Source: an uncultured Clostridium sp. (GTDB lineage Bacteria; Bacillota; Clostridia; TANB77; CAG-508). Taken from it: DNA of 64,000 bases. Positions 20,629 through 31,478 of the stretch are shown piece after piece. The notes beneath the pieces are model-generated. The model saw only the letters and a program-made list of their open reading frames with translations, did no database searches and was not told the origin of the DNA. The position numbers were made by a program, and so were the translations under genes. Every line of letters starts with the position of its first letter. The first letter of the stretch is position 1. The DNA lies in the NCBI GenBank assembly GCA_947646915.1, contig CANSII010000002.1, forward strand, positions 53,813-117,812, in the 5' to 3' direction.

Positions 20629-20961
20629 ATGATGTTTATTTTTAATATAACAAATCTAGTAGAGTTAGTTTTAATTATAGTTGTATTATTAGTTTTATGC
20701 TTAATTGTTGTTATTAAAGATTGGCTAGTTAATAAACAAATGAAAAGAAAAATGAAACAAAATAGAGAAATGACAATTAAGATACTTGATAAATTTGAGG
20801 AAATATTGGCAGAAAACAATATAAAAATACCAGATAAAGGTCGCGAAGGAAACGAAGATGAGGCTTGTATATATGGAACAACATATTATGATTTAGAAGA
20901 TTCCATATTAGAGATATTGAATAATAAAAATAATTGGAAAGGTGGACAATATACATGTTGA
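20629..20961 (+). CDS. small membrane protein
   Basis: One TM helix followed by a charged region. Confidence 0.35.
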   Translation: MMFIFNITNLVELVLIIVVLLVLCLIVVIKDWLVNKQMKRKMKQNREMTIKILDKFEEILAENNIKIPDKGREGNEDEACIYGTTYYDLEDSILEILNNKNNWKGGQYTC

Positions 20962-21287
20962 TTGAATATGAAACAAGTAAATATGTAAAAGAAAAAGCAC
21001 AAATAGAAATACAAGATACTAAAAATGTATTTTTACAGGGAAAAAATCCTTATGATGGTTTGAATACTTATTTTGGAATATGGACTAAAAAAGATGGCAT
21101 AGCAATAGTTAATATAACAAGTTGGCGTAATATCAGTTATGAATACTCTTTAAACAAAAATATATACACAGAACAATATATAAAAAAATATTTAGAAAAC
21201 AATAAAAATGTAAAAATCATTTCAAAGGAAGAATTGAAGAAAGAACTAGACCATGTTAGGTCAATATTAGAAATAAGAAAAATTTGA
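20955..21287 (+). CDS. hypothetical protein
   Basis: Start at MLIEYETSKY with an AAAGGTGG RBS. Confidence 0.3.
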   Translation: MLIEYETSKYVKEKAQIEIQDTKNVFLQGKNPYDGLNTYFGIWTKKDGIAIVNITSWRNISYEYSLNKNIYTEQYIKKYLENNKNVKIISKEELKKELDHVRSILEIRKI

Positions 21288-21301
21288 AAGGAGAATCAAT
21301 T

Positions 21302-21661
21302 ATGTGTGATTCAAGTAATTATGAATATTATAAAAAACACCATATTTGTGTAAGGTGTGGTCAAGAAGATGCTGAAAGGAATAGTACTTTATGTTTTAGA
21401 TGTAGAATAAAAAATAGGGAATCTTCTATCAATTATTATAGATGCCATAAAGAAGAACGAAGAGAAAAAAATCGCATAAAAAGTAAAAATAGATATAACA
21501 AATTAAAAGAACTAGGTTTATGTACTTCTTGCGGTAGGAGACACACAAAAAATAATAAAGTATGCTGTGAACATTGTGCTACAAAGATAAATGAACGAAA
21601 TAGGAAAAAGTATTTATTATATGTATATGCAACAAGAAATATAGCTGAAATTCGTATATAG
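21302..21661 (+). CDS. Cys-rich zinc-finger protein
   Basis: CVRCG...CFRC...CTSCG...CCEHC, multiple CxxC pairs. Confidence 0.35.
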   Translation: MCDSSNYEYYKKHHICVRCGQEDAERNSTLCFRCRIKNRESSINYYRCHKEERREKNRIKSKNRYNKLKELGLCTSCGRRHTKNNKVCCEHCATKINERNRKKYLLYVYATRNIAEIRI

Positions 21662-21744
21662 CAGTATAAAATAAAAAATTCAATTAATACAAAGAAGGAA
21701 CTTGAAATTAGCAGGTTCCTTTATTTTTAAATAAGGAGGCTACT

Positions 21745-21927
21745 ATGAAATATTATGATAAAACAATGTATGAAATAGAAGAAAAAATAAAAACAGCATT
21801 ATTTACACTATTAATATTTACAATGTCATTTCTATTAGGTGTATTTATAGGAACAACAGACATGAACAATAAAGAACAGCAAATACAACAATTGCAAATA
21901 GAAATAAATAACTTAAAAGCAAAATAA
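21745..21927 (+). CDS. small membrane protein with coiled-coil tail
   Basis: 60-aa ORF. Confidence 0.3.
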   Translation: MKYYDKTMYEIEEKIKTALFTLLIFTMSFLLGVFIGTTDMNNKEQQIQQLQIEINNLKAK

Positions 21928-21945
21928 TTAGGAGGTATTGAACAT

Positions 21946-22113
21946 TGATTACATTATATAGAAATAATATACCTATATTAAACGCTAAACATTGGGAGGA
22001 TTTAGTTGAATTTATTGAAGAGTTAAAAAGATTAAATCCAAAGTTCGTTGATAGAAGAGACTTTATTGTTAAGAGTTACGAGCAAGTAATGTATAGTTGG
22101 AATAGAAAATAAA
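21946..22113 (+). CDS. small hypothetical protein (TTG start, 55 aa)
   Basis: Hand-translated LITLYRNNIPILNAKHWEDLVEFIEELKRLNPKF...; AGGAGG RBS upstream. Confidence 0.25.
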
Positions 22114-22127
22114 CGGAGGTAATATCT

Positions 22128-22328
22128 ATGCAAAATACAAGAGAATTAGAAATAAAATGGGAAAAATCAAAAAATAAAATAAATCAATTATTAGAAACAA
22201 AAGATAAGTCTACTGTTAATATGCTAAAGTTTTATAAATTATATATTAATGCACCTTATGACAAAACGGCATTAGATTTATTTGAACTTGCTTTTAGTGG
22301 TTGGTATAAAGAAAAAATGGAAGGATGA
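22128..22328 (+). CDS. hypothetical protein
   Basis: 66-aa ORF. Confidence 0.3.
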   Translation: MQNTRELEIKWEKSKNKINQLLETKDKSTVNMLKFYKLYINAPYDKTALDLFELAFSGWYKEKMEG

Positions 22329-22334
22329 TTTTTA

Positions 22335-23406
22335 GTGAATAAATTAGATTTTCAAGAAGTTCAGCGACATGTTAATATATTAAATGTTGCTTATCACTTA
22401 TGTTTAGAAATAGTTGAACAAAAAGGATATGAATATAAAGCTATATGTCCCTTTTGTGGATATCATAATAAATTAAGTAAAACACCTACCCTATCACTTA
22501 ATTTGGAAAATAACAAATATTGTTGTTCTGAATGTGGTGCTGGTCGGTTATTCTGTTGGTTTATATGCTAAAATGCGAAAAATAAGTAATGACAAAGCAT
22601 TTAATGAGTTACTAGAAAGAGAATGTTTTTCACAAGATAGAGCATTATTAGAAATACGACCATTGAATCAATTAGCAGATATTGAAATAAGAGACAAAAT
22701 TTATAGAGATTTCTTAAGTATGTTAAGACTAGAGCCACAACATAAAAGATGTTTAACTAATATGGGATTTTTAAATAGTACAATTGAAAATAACTTATAT
22801 AAAAGTGTACCAAAGAACTATATTAAAAGAAGAATAGTAGCCAATAATCTATCAAAAAAATACAATTTAGAAGGAATACCAGGTATGTATCAAGAGGAAG
22901 ATTTTAAATGGTTATTTAGTAAATACAATGGTTTCTTTGTCCCTGTTTTTGATGCAAACGGTTATATTCAAGGACTTTCAATTCATTTAGATAAGGCATT
23001 CAACGATAATCAAGACATTTGGTTTTCAAGTAACAATAAAATTAATGGAACTCGTGCTAAAAATTGGATTATGAAAAGCAATATAAATGAATATTCTACA
23101 AGTGTTATATTAACAGATAATTTACTACTAGGAGCATTAGCAACAGAGATAACAGACGAACCAGTCATAGCATTTCAAAACATTACTAATTCTTATATGA
23201 TTCTAAAAGAAATTGAAAACACTCAAATAAAAGATATAATATTTTTAGTCAGAGGGAATAATAATTTAGATTATATTATAAATCGTGTATTTCGTGATTT
23301 AATTCCACTTGGCTATAATTTAGATACCAAGTATGTATCAAATTACAAAGATTTTTTTAATGATAATTTTAATGTTAGTTATAATACATTAAATAAAGTA
23401 GCTTAA
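22335..23406 (+). CDS. DNA primase (CHC2 zinc finger); needs a +1 shift at CGG 22545..22547
   Basis: CPFCGYH...CCSECGAG-CGG; skipping the C gives CSECGAGGYSVGLYAKMRKISNDKAF (DnaG CFGCGAGGD-type zinc-finger motif), joining the 290-aa downstream frame. Confidence 0.65.
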
Positions 23407-23505
23407 ATAAAATGGTCTATTCTTTTTTTGAAGGATAGACTGTTTTTTTTATTATTTTATGGTAGAATAGTTGTAAATTATAAATATAAGAGAGAAAATA
23501 AGTAA

Positions 23506-24304
23506 ATGAAATATATAAATTTTGATGGATTAGGATTAGAATTTAGCATTAATAGTGTAGCCTTTAGTATGTTTAGAATAGACATTTATTGGTATGCTAT
23601 TTTTATAGTAGTAGCATTTATAATAGGTATATTACTTTGTAAAAGAGATGATGGAAAATATAATATAAAATTTGAGAATATTTTAGAATTATTAGTAATT
23701 GCAATACCTGTTTCTATTATTTGTGCAAGACTATATTTTGTATTGTTCAAATTAGATTATTATATACAAAATCCAATAGAAATTCTTGATATACAAAATG
23801 GTGGTCTTGCAATTTATGGCGGAATTATTGGAGCTATTATTACAATTATAATATATTCAAAATGCAAAAAAATAAACACATTAGACATACTAGATTACAT
23901 TGTAACATGTTTACCACTTCGGACAGGCAATAGGAAGATGGGGGAATTTTTTTAATATAGAAGCACATGGAATAGAAGCAAATAATATTTTTAGAATGGG
24001 AATTATAGAAAATGGCAATTACATAGAAGTACATCCAACATTTTTATATGAATCTGTGGGCTGTTTAATAATATTTATTCTATTATTTGTAAATAAAAAT
24101 AATAGAAAATATAAAGGACAATTAACATATACATATTTGGCATTATATGGCTTTTTAAGGACATTTATTGAAGGACTACGAACAGATAGCTTAATGGTTA
24201 ATAATTTTAGAATATCACAGGTTTTATCTATAATTTTATGTGTTGTATTTAGTACAGTTCTAGTATATAAAAAAGTAAAGAAGGATAAAAAATATGAAAA
24301 ATAA
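23506..24304 (+). CDS. lgt: prolipoprotein diacylglyceryl transferase; needs a +1 shift at CGG 23920..23922
   Basis: GGLAIYGGIIG motif; CLPL-CGG. Skipping the C yields LPLGQAIGRWGNFFNIEAHG, the Lgt signature, and joins the 102-aa C-terminal frame. Confidence 0.8.
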
Positions 24305-24752
24305 AAAAACAACAATATTATTAGGTATTCTAATCATTATATTAGATCAAATAACTAAAATATTATTAGTAAAAAAAAATATAACAATAATACCAAGAAT
24401 TTTGAATTTTACTTATACTGAAAATATAGGATTAGCATTTGGAATAGGAGCAAACAATATTTTAATGATTATAATAGTTAATATCGTAATATTAGGAATC
24501 ATTATAAAATTTTTAAAAGAAAGAACAGCGCAAATTAATTGTTCAATTATTGTTTCTTTAATTTTAGTATTAGCAGGAGGAATAAGTAACTTAATAGATA
24601 GAATTGCAAGAGGGTTCGTAGTAGATTTTATAGATGTAAATATTTTAAACTTTCCTAATTTCAATATAGCAGATATTTCAATTACAATAGGCATAATGAT
24701 ATTATTAATAATACTGATTAAAAAGTCATTATTTACAAAAGAGGATATATAA
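24294..24752 (+). CDS. lspA: lipoprotein signal peptidase II
   Basis: Motifs NIGLAFG, LAGGISNLIDR, FVVDF and FNIADISI. Confidence 0.8.
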   Translation: MKNKKTTILLGILIIILDQITKILLVKKNITIIPRILNFTYTENIGLAFGIGANNILMIIIVNIVILGIIIKFLKERTAQINCSIIVSLILVLAGGISNLIDRIARGFVVDFIDVNILNFPNFNIADISITIGIMILLIILIKKSLFTKEDI

Positions 24753-24889
24753 GATATGAAAGAAGATTTCGGAGAGAAAATTTCTAAAGTTATATACAAT
24801 TTGAAAAATCTTTGCTATAATATCTAAAGAAAGATAAAAAGAAAGGTAGGTACACAAACAATGAGAAACCTTGTAACCGTTGCAGGAGT

Positions 24890-24911
24890 ACACACACACA
24901 CACACACACAC
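24890..24911. repeat. (AC)11 dinucleotide microsatellite
   Basis: ACACACACACACACACACACAC between lspA and the lipoprotein gene cluster. Confidence 0.9.
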
Positions 24912-25057
24912 GGATAGTTTAAATAACATAATTGCTAGAAATAGCAAGACTTTTTGTGTACCTAAAATAAGAAACTTATACTATAATCAAGTGCCACAAT
25001 TGGTTATGGTTTAGGTTTCTTTTTGCTTTCTAAAAATAATATTTAAGGGGGATAAAA

Positions 25058-25504
25058 ATGAAAAAGAAAATTTTTAGTATAGGAATTGTAATGTTTCTAA
25101 TTATAATGTTGATTACATTGACAGGTTGTGGAAGTAAAAAAAGTAAAGAAAGTAGCTATATAAAAGAAATAAAAGATATGCACTTTGAATGTGACGGTAT
25201 TTGGTATGACAGTTACAAATCTATTACAGATAATTATACAGTTGGTGAACTTATGGAATCTCAATTGGAAAATGCTGTATGGAGTGAAGAAACGGCTAAC
25301 AATTATATGGCTTGCGTAGCAGTAGAAGGAACAGATAAAGACAATGGCAAAACTTATAAAGTTATATTTAATAAAGCAACTTTCAATAAAAATGAAACCC
25401 TATCACCTTATTATGATATATATGTTAATGGTGAAATAGGTAAAACAGAAGATTTTAACAGCTTATTGATGAGAATATGGCAAAATTATAATAAAATGAA
25501 TTAG
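25058..25504 (+). CDS. lipoprotein
   Basis: Signal peptide with an LTGC lipobox. Confidence 0.6.
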   Translation: MKKKIFSIGIVMFLIIMLITLTGCGSKKSKESSYIKEIKDMHFECDGIWYDSYKSITDNYTVGELMESQLENAVWSEETANNYMACVAVEGTDKDNGKTYKVIFNKATFNKNETLSPYYDIYVNGEIGKTEDFNSLLMRIWQNYNKMN

Positions 25505-25517
25505 GGGGATTTTTAAA

Positions 25518-26099
25518 ATGGGAAATGAAGTAAAAACAAATGTAGGAATGGGATGTTATGAACATAATGATAGAACAGTAGTAGCAACTTGTCCAAAATG
25601 TGGGAAATTTATGTGTAGAGAATGTGCAGAAAAATATAAAAGCAAATTATGTGAAAGTTGTGAAAATGAAAGAATCAAAGAAGAAGAGGAAAAAGCAGAA
25701 CAACAAAAAGCAAGAGTAAAAAATAATGCAAAAGCAAATGTAGAAACTTCTAAAAAACAATTAAGAGGAGTAATTATTAAATCAGCAATATTTGGAATAA
25801 TTGGTATTTTATTAGGTATGGATTCAGGTTCATTCGTAAATGGATTAATATTTGCTTATATATTTGCGGCTTTGCCATGGGGATGGAAATATGTAAAAAA
25901 TGCAATTGATACAGGAGAATGGGCATGGTTAGCAGCTTGGACGAATAATATTTGGTTATTAGTATTTGGAATATTTTTTAAATTTGCATTAGCTATATTG
26001 ATTGGAATTTTTGCTATGCCAATAGGGATATTTAAAGCAATAAAGAACTTTAATGATGCAAAGAAAATGCAAGAGAATATAAATAAGAATTACAAATAA
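25518..26099 (+). CDS. membrane protein with N-terminal zinc ribbon
   Basis: CPKCGKFMCRECAEKYKSKLCESC followed by 3-4 TM helices. Confidence 0.4.
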   Translation: MGNEVKTNVGMGCYEHNDRTVVATCPKCGKFMCRECAEKYKSKLCESCENERIKEEEEKAEQQKARVKNNAKANVETSKKQLRGVIIKSAIFGIIGILLGMDSGSFVNGLIFAYIFAALPWGWKYVKNAIDTGEWAWLAAWTNNIWLLVFGIFFKFALAILIGIFAMPIGIFKAIKNFNDAKKMQENINKNYK

Positions 26100-26125
26100 A
26101 AATTATTAGAGAAGAAGGAAAGAAA

Positions 26126-27445
26126 ATGAAAAATAAGATTTTAAGTGTAGTAAGTATATTAATGTTAGTGAGTATGGTATTTATTTTAACAGGTTGCTCA
26201 ACTAAAAAGGAAGATACCAAAGAGATAAGTCAAACTAATACAGAACAACAAGAAGTATCTTATTTAGATTATGACAGAACAGCAGAATTTTCTGAAGGAA
26301 TAGCAGTAGTATCAAAAACGATAGATTTTAAACCAATTCATTATGTAATAGACAAAGACTTTAATGTACTTTTCTCATATGAAGGAAATTCAACTTTTGT
26401 TGGCAAATATATGCTAATTCCAGATAAAGATGATAAAACAAAAATAAATGTACTAAACGAAAAAGGAGAAACCGTATATTCATACGATGATAAAGAATAC
26501 AAGAAAGAAGTAAAGCTAGTAGAAAATGGTTGCTTAATTATAACAGAACAAACAGATACTTATAATAGTTCAAAAAGTGTAGCAGGAATATATAGCATAG
26601 AGGAAGAAAAATATTTATTAGAACCATCAGAAAAGTATGTTAATAAAATAAAAGAATATGGAGACAAAATGCTTTTATTAAATGATGAAAATACGCAGTT
26701 TTTTAACTTAGAAACTAAATCAATTGTGAATTTTGAAGAAAGAGTTTCCCGTGAATTCAAAGATGGTTATGCAATAGATGATTACTTAGATAATAATAAC
26801 GAAGAATGTTTGAAAATTTTTGATACAAATGGAAATATTAAAACAGTAAAAAGTTTATTTGGAGCATTAAGTGATATTAAAAATAATTCTAATGGAATGT
26901 TAGTCAATAGTTCTTCAAGAATAGAAACCGAAAATTATAATGAAAAATTTACTGGGACAAATGTTCAACTATTTGATTTTGAAAAAGGAACTGTTAAAGA
27001 CTTGTCAAAACAATTTATTATGATATCAGATAAAGTACTATTTTCAAAAGATGGTTATGCCTTAGTTAAATTTTCTAATCAAGGAAGTGAGACCTACTAT
27101 ACTATCATTGATAAAGAAGGAAATATGGCTTTTGAACCACAAAAACGAAATAATGAAGCAATACTAGGAGCAGAAAGCAACGAAGTACCTAGAGTAGTAA
27201 AATCAGAAAGTTTATATGAAGGAAACTATTTTATTGTAGAAGATAATGATATTCCAAAAGTTATTGATAAAGATAATAAAGAGATTTTAGTAGCAGAAGA
27301 AAATGAAACATTTGATGGAATAACAAATAATGTTGTTTTAGTACATTGGGAAAAACCTGGATATCATGAACAATATTATTATAAAGACTTACAGGGAAAT
27401 AAAGTTGGTTTAAAAGTTAATGGCGACATAAAAAAATATAATTGA
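26126..27445 (+). CDS. lipoprotein (439 aa)
   Basis: Signal peptide with an LTGC lipobox. Confidence 0.6.
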   Translation: MKNKILSVVSILMLVSMVFILTGCSTKKEDTKEISQTNTEQQEVSYLDYDRTAEFSEGIAVVSKTIDFKPIHYVIDKDFNVLFSYEGNSTFVGKYMLIPDKDDKTKINVLNEKGETVYSYDDKEYKKEVKLVENGCLIITEQTDTYNSSKSVAGIYSIEEEKYLLEPSEKYVNKIKEYGDKMLLLNDENTQFFNLETKSIVNFEERVSREFKDGYAIDDYLDNNNEECLKIFDTNGNIKTVKSLFGALSDIKNNSNGMLVNSSSRIETENYNEKFTGTNVQLFDFEKGTVKDLSKQFIMISDKVLFSKDGYALVKFSNQGSETYYTIIDKEGNMAFEPQKRNNEAILGAESNEVPRVVKSESLYEGNYFIVEDNDIPKVIDKDNKEILVAEENETFDGITNNVVLVHWEKPGYHEQYYYKDLQGNKVGLKVNGDIKKYN

Positions 27446-27456
27446 AAGGGAACAAT

Positions 27457-28323
27457 ATGAAAAAAGTTTTATTAAATGTAATAATTAGCATAATGTTAAT
27501 ATCAATGTTATTTGCATTAACAGGTTGTAAAAATAATAATGAAATTGAAGAAAACGAACAAATAGAAAATCAAATAAATGAAGAAAAAAATACAGAAGAA
27601 AATATTAATTCAGAAATAATAGGAAAATGGACAGCAACAAGAACAAACAATAGTGTATATTCATTAGGTGAATTATATGGTTCAGCTTTCTCTTTTTCAA
27701 ATGAATTAACATTTAAAGAAGATGGAACATATGTATTAGGAATAGGAGTAACTTATTGGCAAGAAGGAAATTATGAGATAAATGGAGATAAAATAAAATT
27801 AACAAATACACAAATTAAAGGAGATAATCCAGATGGTAAAACAACGGAACAATTTATAATAAAAAATGAGGATGGCAAAAATCAGATTATACTGGAAGAA
27901 TCACAAGCGTACAATGTAACAGTTGGTATAATATTTGAAAAGGTAGAAGATAATTTAAATACTACAACTGATGGAAATGTAAATAAAAATGAAGTAAAAA
28001 GATTAAGGGCAGGAGATTTTTATTTAGAATATGGTTCATATACCAATGTAACTTATGAAAGTAATTCACCACAATATGGAACATATAAAATAAATGAAGA
28101 TGGTACATTTTCTTGCACGACTTCAGAAGGGACAGCTACTGGAACATATACAGTACAAGAAGAAACTTATGATAATTCCAATACGACCTCCACAGACTGG
28201 TTGATTACTTTTAAATCTTCGAACACAAATATTATGAATGCAAATGCTTCTTGGATTATAGATGGAAACAATAAATTCTCTGGAATACAAAGTGGAGGAA
28301 CATTCAAGTATATGGGAAATTAA
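27457..28323 (+). CDS. lipoprotein
   Basis: ALTGC lipobox; start at the ATG with a GAAAGGGA RBS. Confidence 0.55.
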   Translation: MKKVLLNVIISIMLISMLFALTGCKNNNEIEENEQIENQINEEKNTEENINSEIIGKWTATRTNNSVYSLGELYGSAFSFSNELTFKEDGTYVLGIGVTYWQEGNYEINGDKIKLTNTQIKGDNPDGKTTEQFIIKNEDGKNQIILEESQAYNVTVGIIFEKVEDNLNTTTDGNVNKNEVKRLRAGDFYLEYGSYTNVTYESNSPQYGTYKINEDGTFSCTTSEGTATGTYTVQEETYDNSNTTSTDWLITFKSSNTNIMNANASWIIDGNNKFSGIQSGGTFKYMGN

Positions 28324-28416
28324 AGTATGAATACAAAATGACAAATTATAAAAATGAAGTTTTATTTTATACCTATATGACAAAAGATAGCATTTTGCTA
28401 TCTTTTAACTTTTTTA

Positions 28417-28659
28417 TTAATCTATTGTATTTTTTAATTCTTGGTAATCAATATCTAAAACCTTACAAAAAGCGATAAGCTCAAAATCTTTTAAGATTTG
28501 ATTACCTTCTTCAATTCTTTTTAATTCAGTTGAGGTAATATAAACAGCATGTAACTGTAATAATTCGCAAAGTTCCTTTTTCTTAAGTTTCTTCTTTTCT
28601 CTATATTCTTTTATTAAATCACCTACAACATTACTTTTTTCATTTCCGTACTTTTTCAA
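28417..28659 (-). CDS. XRE-family HTH regulator
   Basis: LKKKELCELLQLHAVYITSTELKRIEEG. Confidence 0.5.
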   Translation of the reverse strand: MKKYGNEKSNVVGDLIKEYREKKKLKKKELCELLQLHAVYITSTELKRIEEGNQILKDFELIAFCKVLDIDYQELKNTID

Positions 28660-28775
28660 GATGTTCCCCCATTATCTTCAATTTTTATTGATTTTATTAC
28701 ACTTTTTTGCTAAAATATCGAGAGAGCCTCGACTTTTGAGATATTATTTCATTTTTTGCATGAAAGGAGGAATTT

Positions 28776-29000
28776 ATGGAAAAAAAATTATTTGCAATAG
28801 TTCTATTTGATGGAAAGAATATAAAAAATACCACAGTAACAATAGATTCTTTACGCAAAATTATAGATAATTTTATAGATAATGATGGGCATTGTCTTTG
28901 TATTACAAAAACATCTAGTGAAGCAGAGAAGCAAGAAATACAGAAATTTTATAAATCTAAATATGGTTTTTTTATAGAAAATATAAATCAAACGAAATGA
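28776..29000 (+). CDS. hypothetical protein
   Basis: 74-aa ORF with a GGAGGAA RBS. Confidence 0.3.
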   Translation: MEKKLFAIVLFDGKNIKNTTVTIDSLRKIIDNFIDNDGHCLCITKTSSEAEKQEIQKFYKSKYGFFIENINQTK

Positions 29001-29142
29001 CCGAAATGGAATATAAGGAAGCAATAAACAAGTTAAAGGAAATAAAAAGTGAAAGTGATACAATTGAAGAATTTGAGATAAAATTCAATGAATATAAAAA
29101 AACACTAACAATTATACCCCCATATAATGTTAGCGAATAAAT

Positions 29143-29469
29143 CTATTTAGTATTTAATAAATAAGTAATCATTTGATTAATAACTGACTTGTCTCTTTCA
29201 CTCAAAAGCTCATACTTGTCAGCAATACTTGGTGATTTAATGATATTTTTAAATAATTGCACAGAGGAACATTCAGCAGTATTACAAATATTTATTGCAG
29301 TATCTATGCTTATACCAACCTTTCCATTTTCAACCCTAGATAGAAATTGCCAATTTATATTTAGTTTTTCTGCAAATTCTTCTTGTGTTAGGTTTAGACT
29401 GTTTCTAATATCTCTAATATTTTCACCTAATATAGAATTACCTGTGTAGTTATCTGTTAAATTATCCAT
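29143..29469 (-). CDS. XRE-family HTH regulator
   Basis: LTQEEFAEKLNINWQFLSRVENGK. Confidence 0.55.
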   Translation of the reverse strand: MDNLTDNYTGNSILGENIRDIRNSLNLTQEEFAEKLNINWQFLSRVENGKVGISIDTAINICNTAECSSVQLFKNIIKSPSIADKYELLSERDKSVINQMITYLLNTK

Positions 29470-29623
29470 TATTTTACCCCTATTTAATAGTATAACGAAT
29501 ATAGGCTAAAAAAAGAATAATTTTATAAGTCTAGTTTTTGATATTTATTAGACTTAATAAGTATAATACGATATAAAAATAATATGGATTATCGAGGTAT
29601 CAAGTATAAAGGGAGGTGAAAAC

Positions 29624-30070
29624 TTGAATTTACAAGTCGAAAACTTAAAAAATAAACTAGGACAATCAATAAATAATTCTGATTCTACAACTAATGATAT
29701 AACAGAAAAAAAAATTAAAATATTAATAGCAGATGATTATAAGCCATTTTGCAATACATTAAGAAAGATATTAAACAGATATAAAGAATTAGAAGTAATA
29801 GGATTAGCACATACTGATCAAGAAGAAATATCAAAAATAGAAGAATTAAAACCTAATGTAGTTATAACAGACATAAAAAGAAATAATCAATATACTGGGT
29901 TAGATATAGTAAAACAATATTCTTGTAAAGAAGATTCACCTTATTTTTTTATTATTTCCTCAGAGATAAACGAAAAAGAATTAACTAACAATAAAATAAT
30001 AGGATTTATGAGAAAGCCTTTTTTAGATTATGATAAGTTAGTAGAGCAAATTTTAAAATTATATTTATAA
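29624..30070 (+). CDS. orphan response-regulator receiver-domain protein
   Basis: KILIADDYKP...ITDIKRNN CheY-like fold; TTG start with a GGGAGGTGA RBS. Confidence 0.5.
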   Translation: MNLQVENLKNKLGQSINNSDSTTNDITEKKIKILIADDYKPFCNTLRKILNRYKELEVIGLAHTDQEEISKIEELKPNVVITDIKRNNQYTGLDIVKQYSCKEDSPYFFIISSEINEKELTNNKIIGFMRKPFLDYDKLVEQILKLYL

Positions 30071-30138
30071 ATTTTTATGATATTCGACAAATTTCAACAT
30101 ATATTTGTATCAAAATATGTTATAATATATAAAAGGAG

Positions 30139-30324
30139 ATGGTAAATATGCAAAAATATTATGAAAAATCTCTACAAGTTATACAAGAAAATAACATCAA
30201 AAATGAAAAGGAATACAACAAGATGGTAAAGGCATATTTAATACTATCAGCAGAAAGCTTAAAATATATGTCAGGCACTAGAAAATTTGAAAAAATTATA
30301 GAAATATCAAAGAAAGTCAATTAG
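30139..30324 (+). CDS. small hypothetical protein
   Basis: 61-aa ORF. Confidence 0.25.
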   Translation: MVNMQKYYEKSLQVIQENNIKNEKEYNKMVKAYLILSAESLKYMSGTRKFEKIIEISKKVN

Positions 30325-30604
30325 GCTTTCTTTTTTTGAAAAAAGCTGTTATACTTTATTTTTTTGTGATTTTGTGATAATATATAGAAAGAAAATACGA
30401 ATGATAATGCAATGATTTGTAGATTATTTAGGTAAAAAAAGTAAATCAAATTTATAAAATATGGAGCTTACACTAAAAGAAATAATTAGATTTCAGCTTA
30501 AGAAATAGTTTATAGAAAAATAAATTTGAATACTAATATTTATAATATAAGGTTTAAGCATTTTATAAAATATTTGTAAAATGTTTTTTATTGTGGGAGG
30601 AATC

Positions 30605-31321
30605 ATGTTAAATATATTAATTGTTGATGATAATAAAGCTTTGGATATACAACTATATAATTACATAAAAAATAATAGTAATAATATAAATATTATTGGG
30701 TTAGCAACTAATGGAAAAGAAGCACTTGATTTTTTGAAGTCTAGAAAAATAGATATTATATTATTAGATTTAGAAATGCCAGAAATTAATGGACTAGAAC
30801 TTATAAAGTCAATACAAGAAACTAAAAAATTTAGACAAACAAAAATTATTGTAATATCTTCTCATATTAGATTAATAAATGAAATTTATTCGAAGGAGTG
30901 TATAGTTGAACATATATTTATAAAGCCTTTTGACTTTTCAACTCTTATACAATATATAAATACTATTGAAATTGAAAATATGGATATAGACATTTATAAT
31001 AGAATAGAAAAGTTACTTTCTAATTTTGATATTAACACTAATACCATAGGTTATAATTATTTGGTAGATAGTATATTTTTGGCGATAAAAGAACCTAGCT
31101 TACTAGAAAAGTTGAATAAAAGTTTATATCTAGAAGTGTCAAGAAAACATAATGTCAGTAGTAATAAAGTAAAATGGAATATTGAAAAAATTATTCGATC
31201 AATTATAAGATATACTAATTTGAGTGTAATACATAGATTTTTTCAATATACAAATAATCCTTCTCCAAAGGTTTTTATTAGAGAGATTGTTAGAGAAATT
31301 CTAACTAAAAATGAGATATGA
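30605..31321 (+). CDS. Spo0A-like response regulator (receiver plus Spo0A_C-like DNA-binding domain)
   Basis: MLNILIVDDN...IDIILLDLEMPEINGLEL receiver; C-terminal IGYNYLVDSIFLAIKEPSLLEKLNKSLYLEVSRKHNVSSNKVKWNIEKIIRSI resembles the Spo0A C-terminal domain. Confidence 0.55.
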   Translation: MLNILIVDDNKALDIQLYNYIKNNSNNINIIGLATNGKEALDFLKSRKIDIILLDLEMPEINGLELIKSIQETKKFRQTKIIVISSHIRLINEIYSKECIVEHIFIKPFDFSTLIQYINTIEIENMDIDIYNRIEKLLSNFDINTNTIGYNYLVDSIFLAIKEPSLLEKLNKSLYLEVSRKHNVSSNKVKWNIEKIIRSIIRYTNLSVIHRFFQYTNNPSPKVFIREIVREILTKNEI

Positions 31322-31478
31322 ATTTTCCGTTTTTTCCACTTTTATTGTATTATTAAGTGGTATTATGTATAATAATATTCGAATTTGTCAAATGATAATG
31401 GCAGACGATACTTGAAACACATTATGTGTTTTTAGTATAGGTAGGAATATTTTTTCATTTTAAAGGAGGAATTTCATT

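Noticed and set aside
24729-24947. 72-aa minus-strand ORF containing VCVCVCV
   Set aside because: It is simply a translation through the (AC)11 repeat; no RBS, intergenic location.
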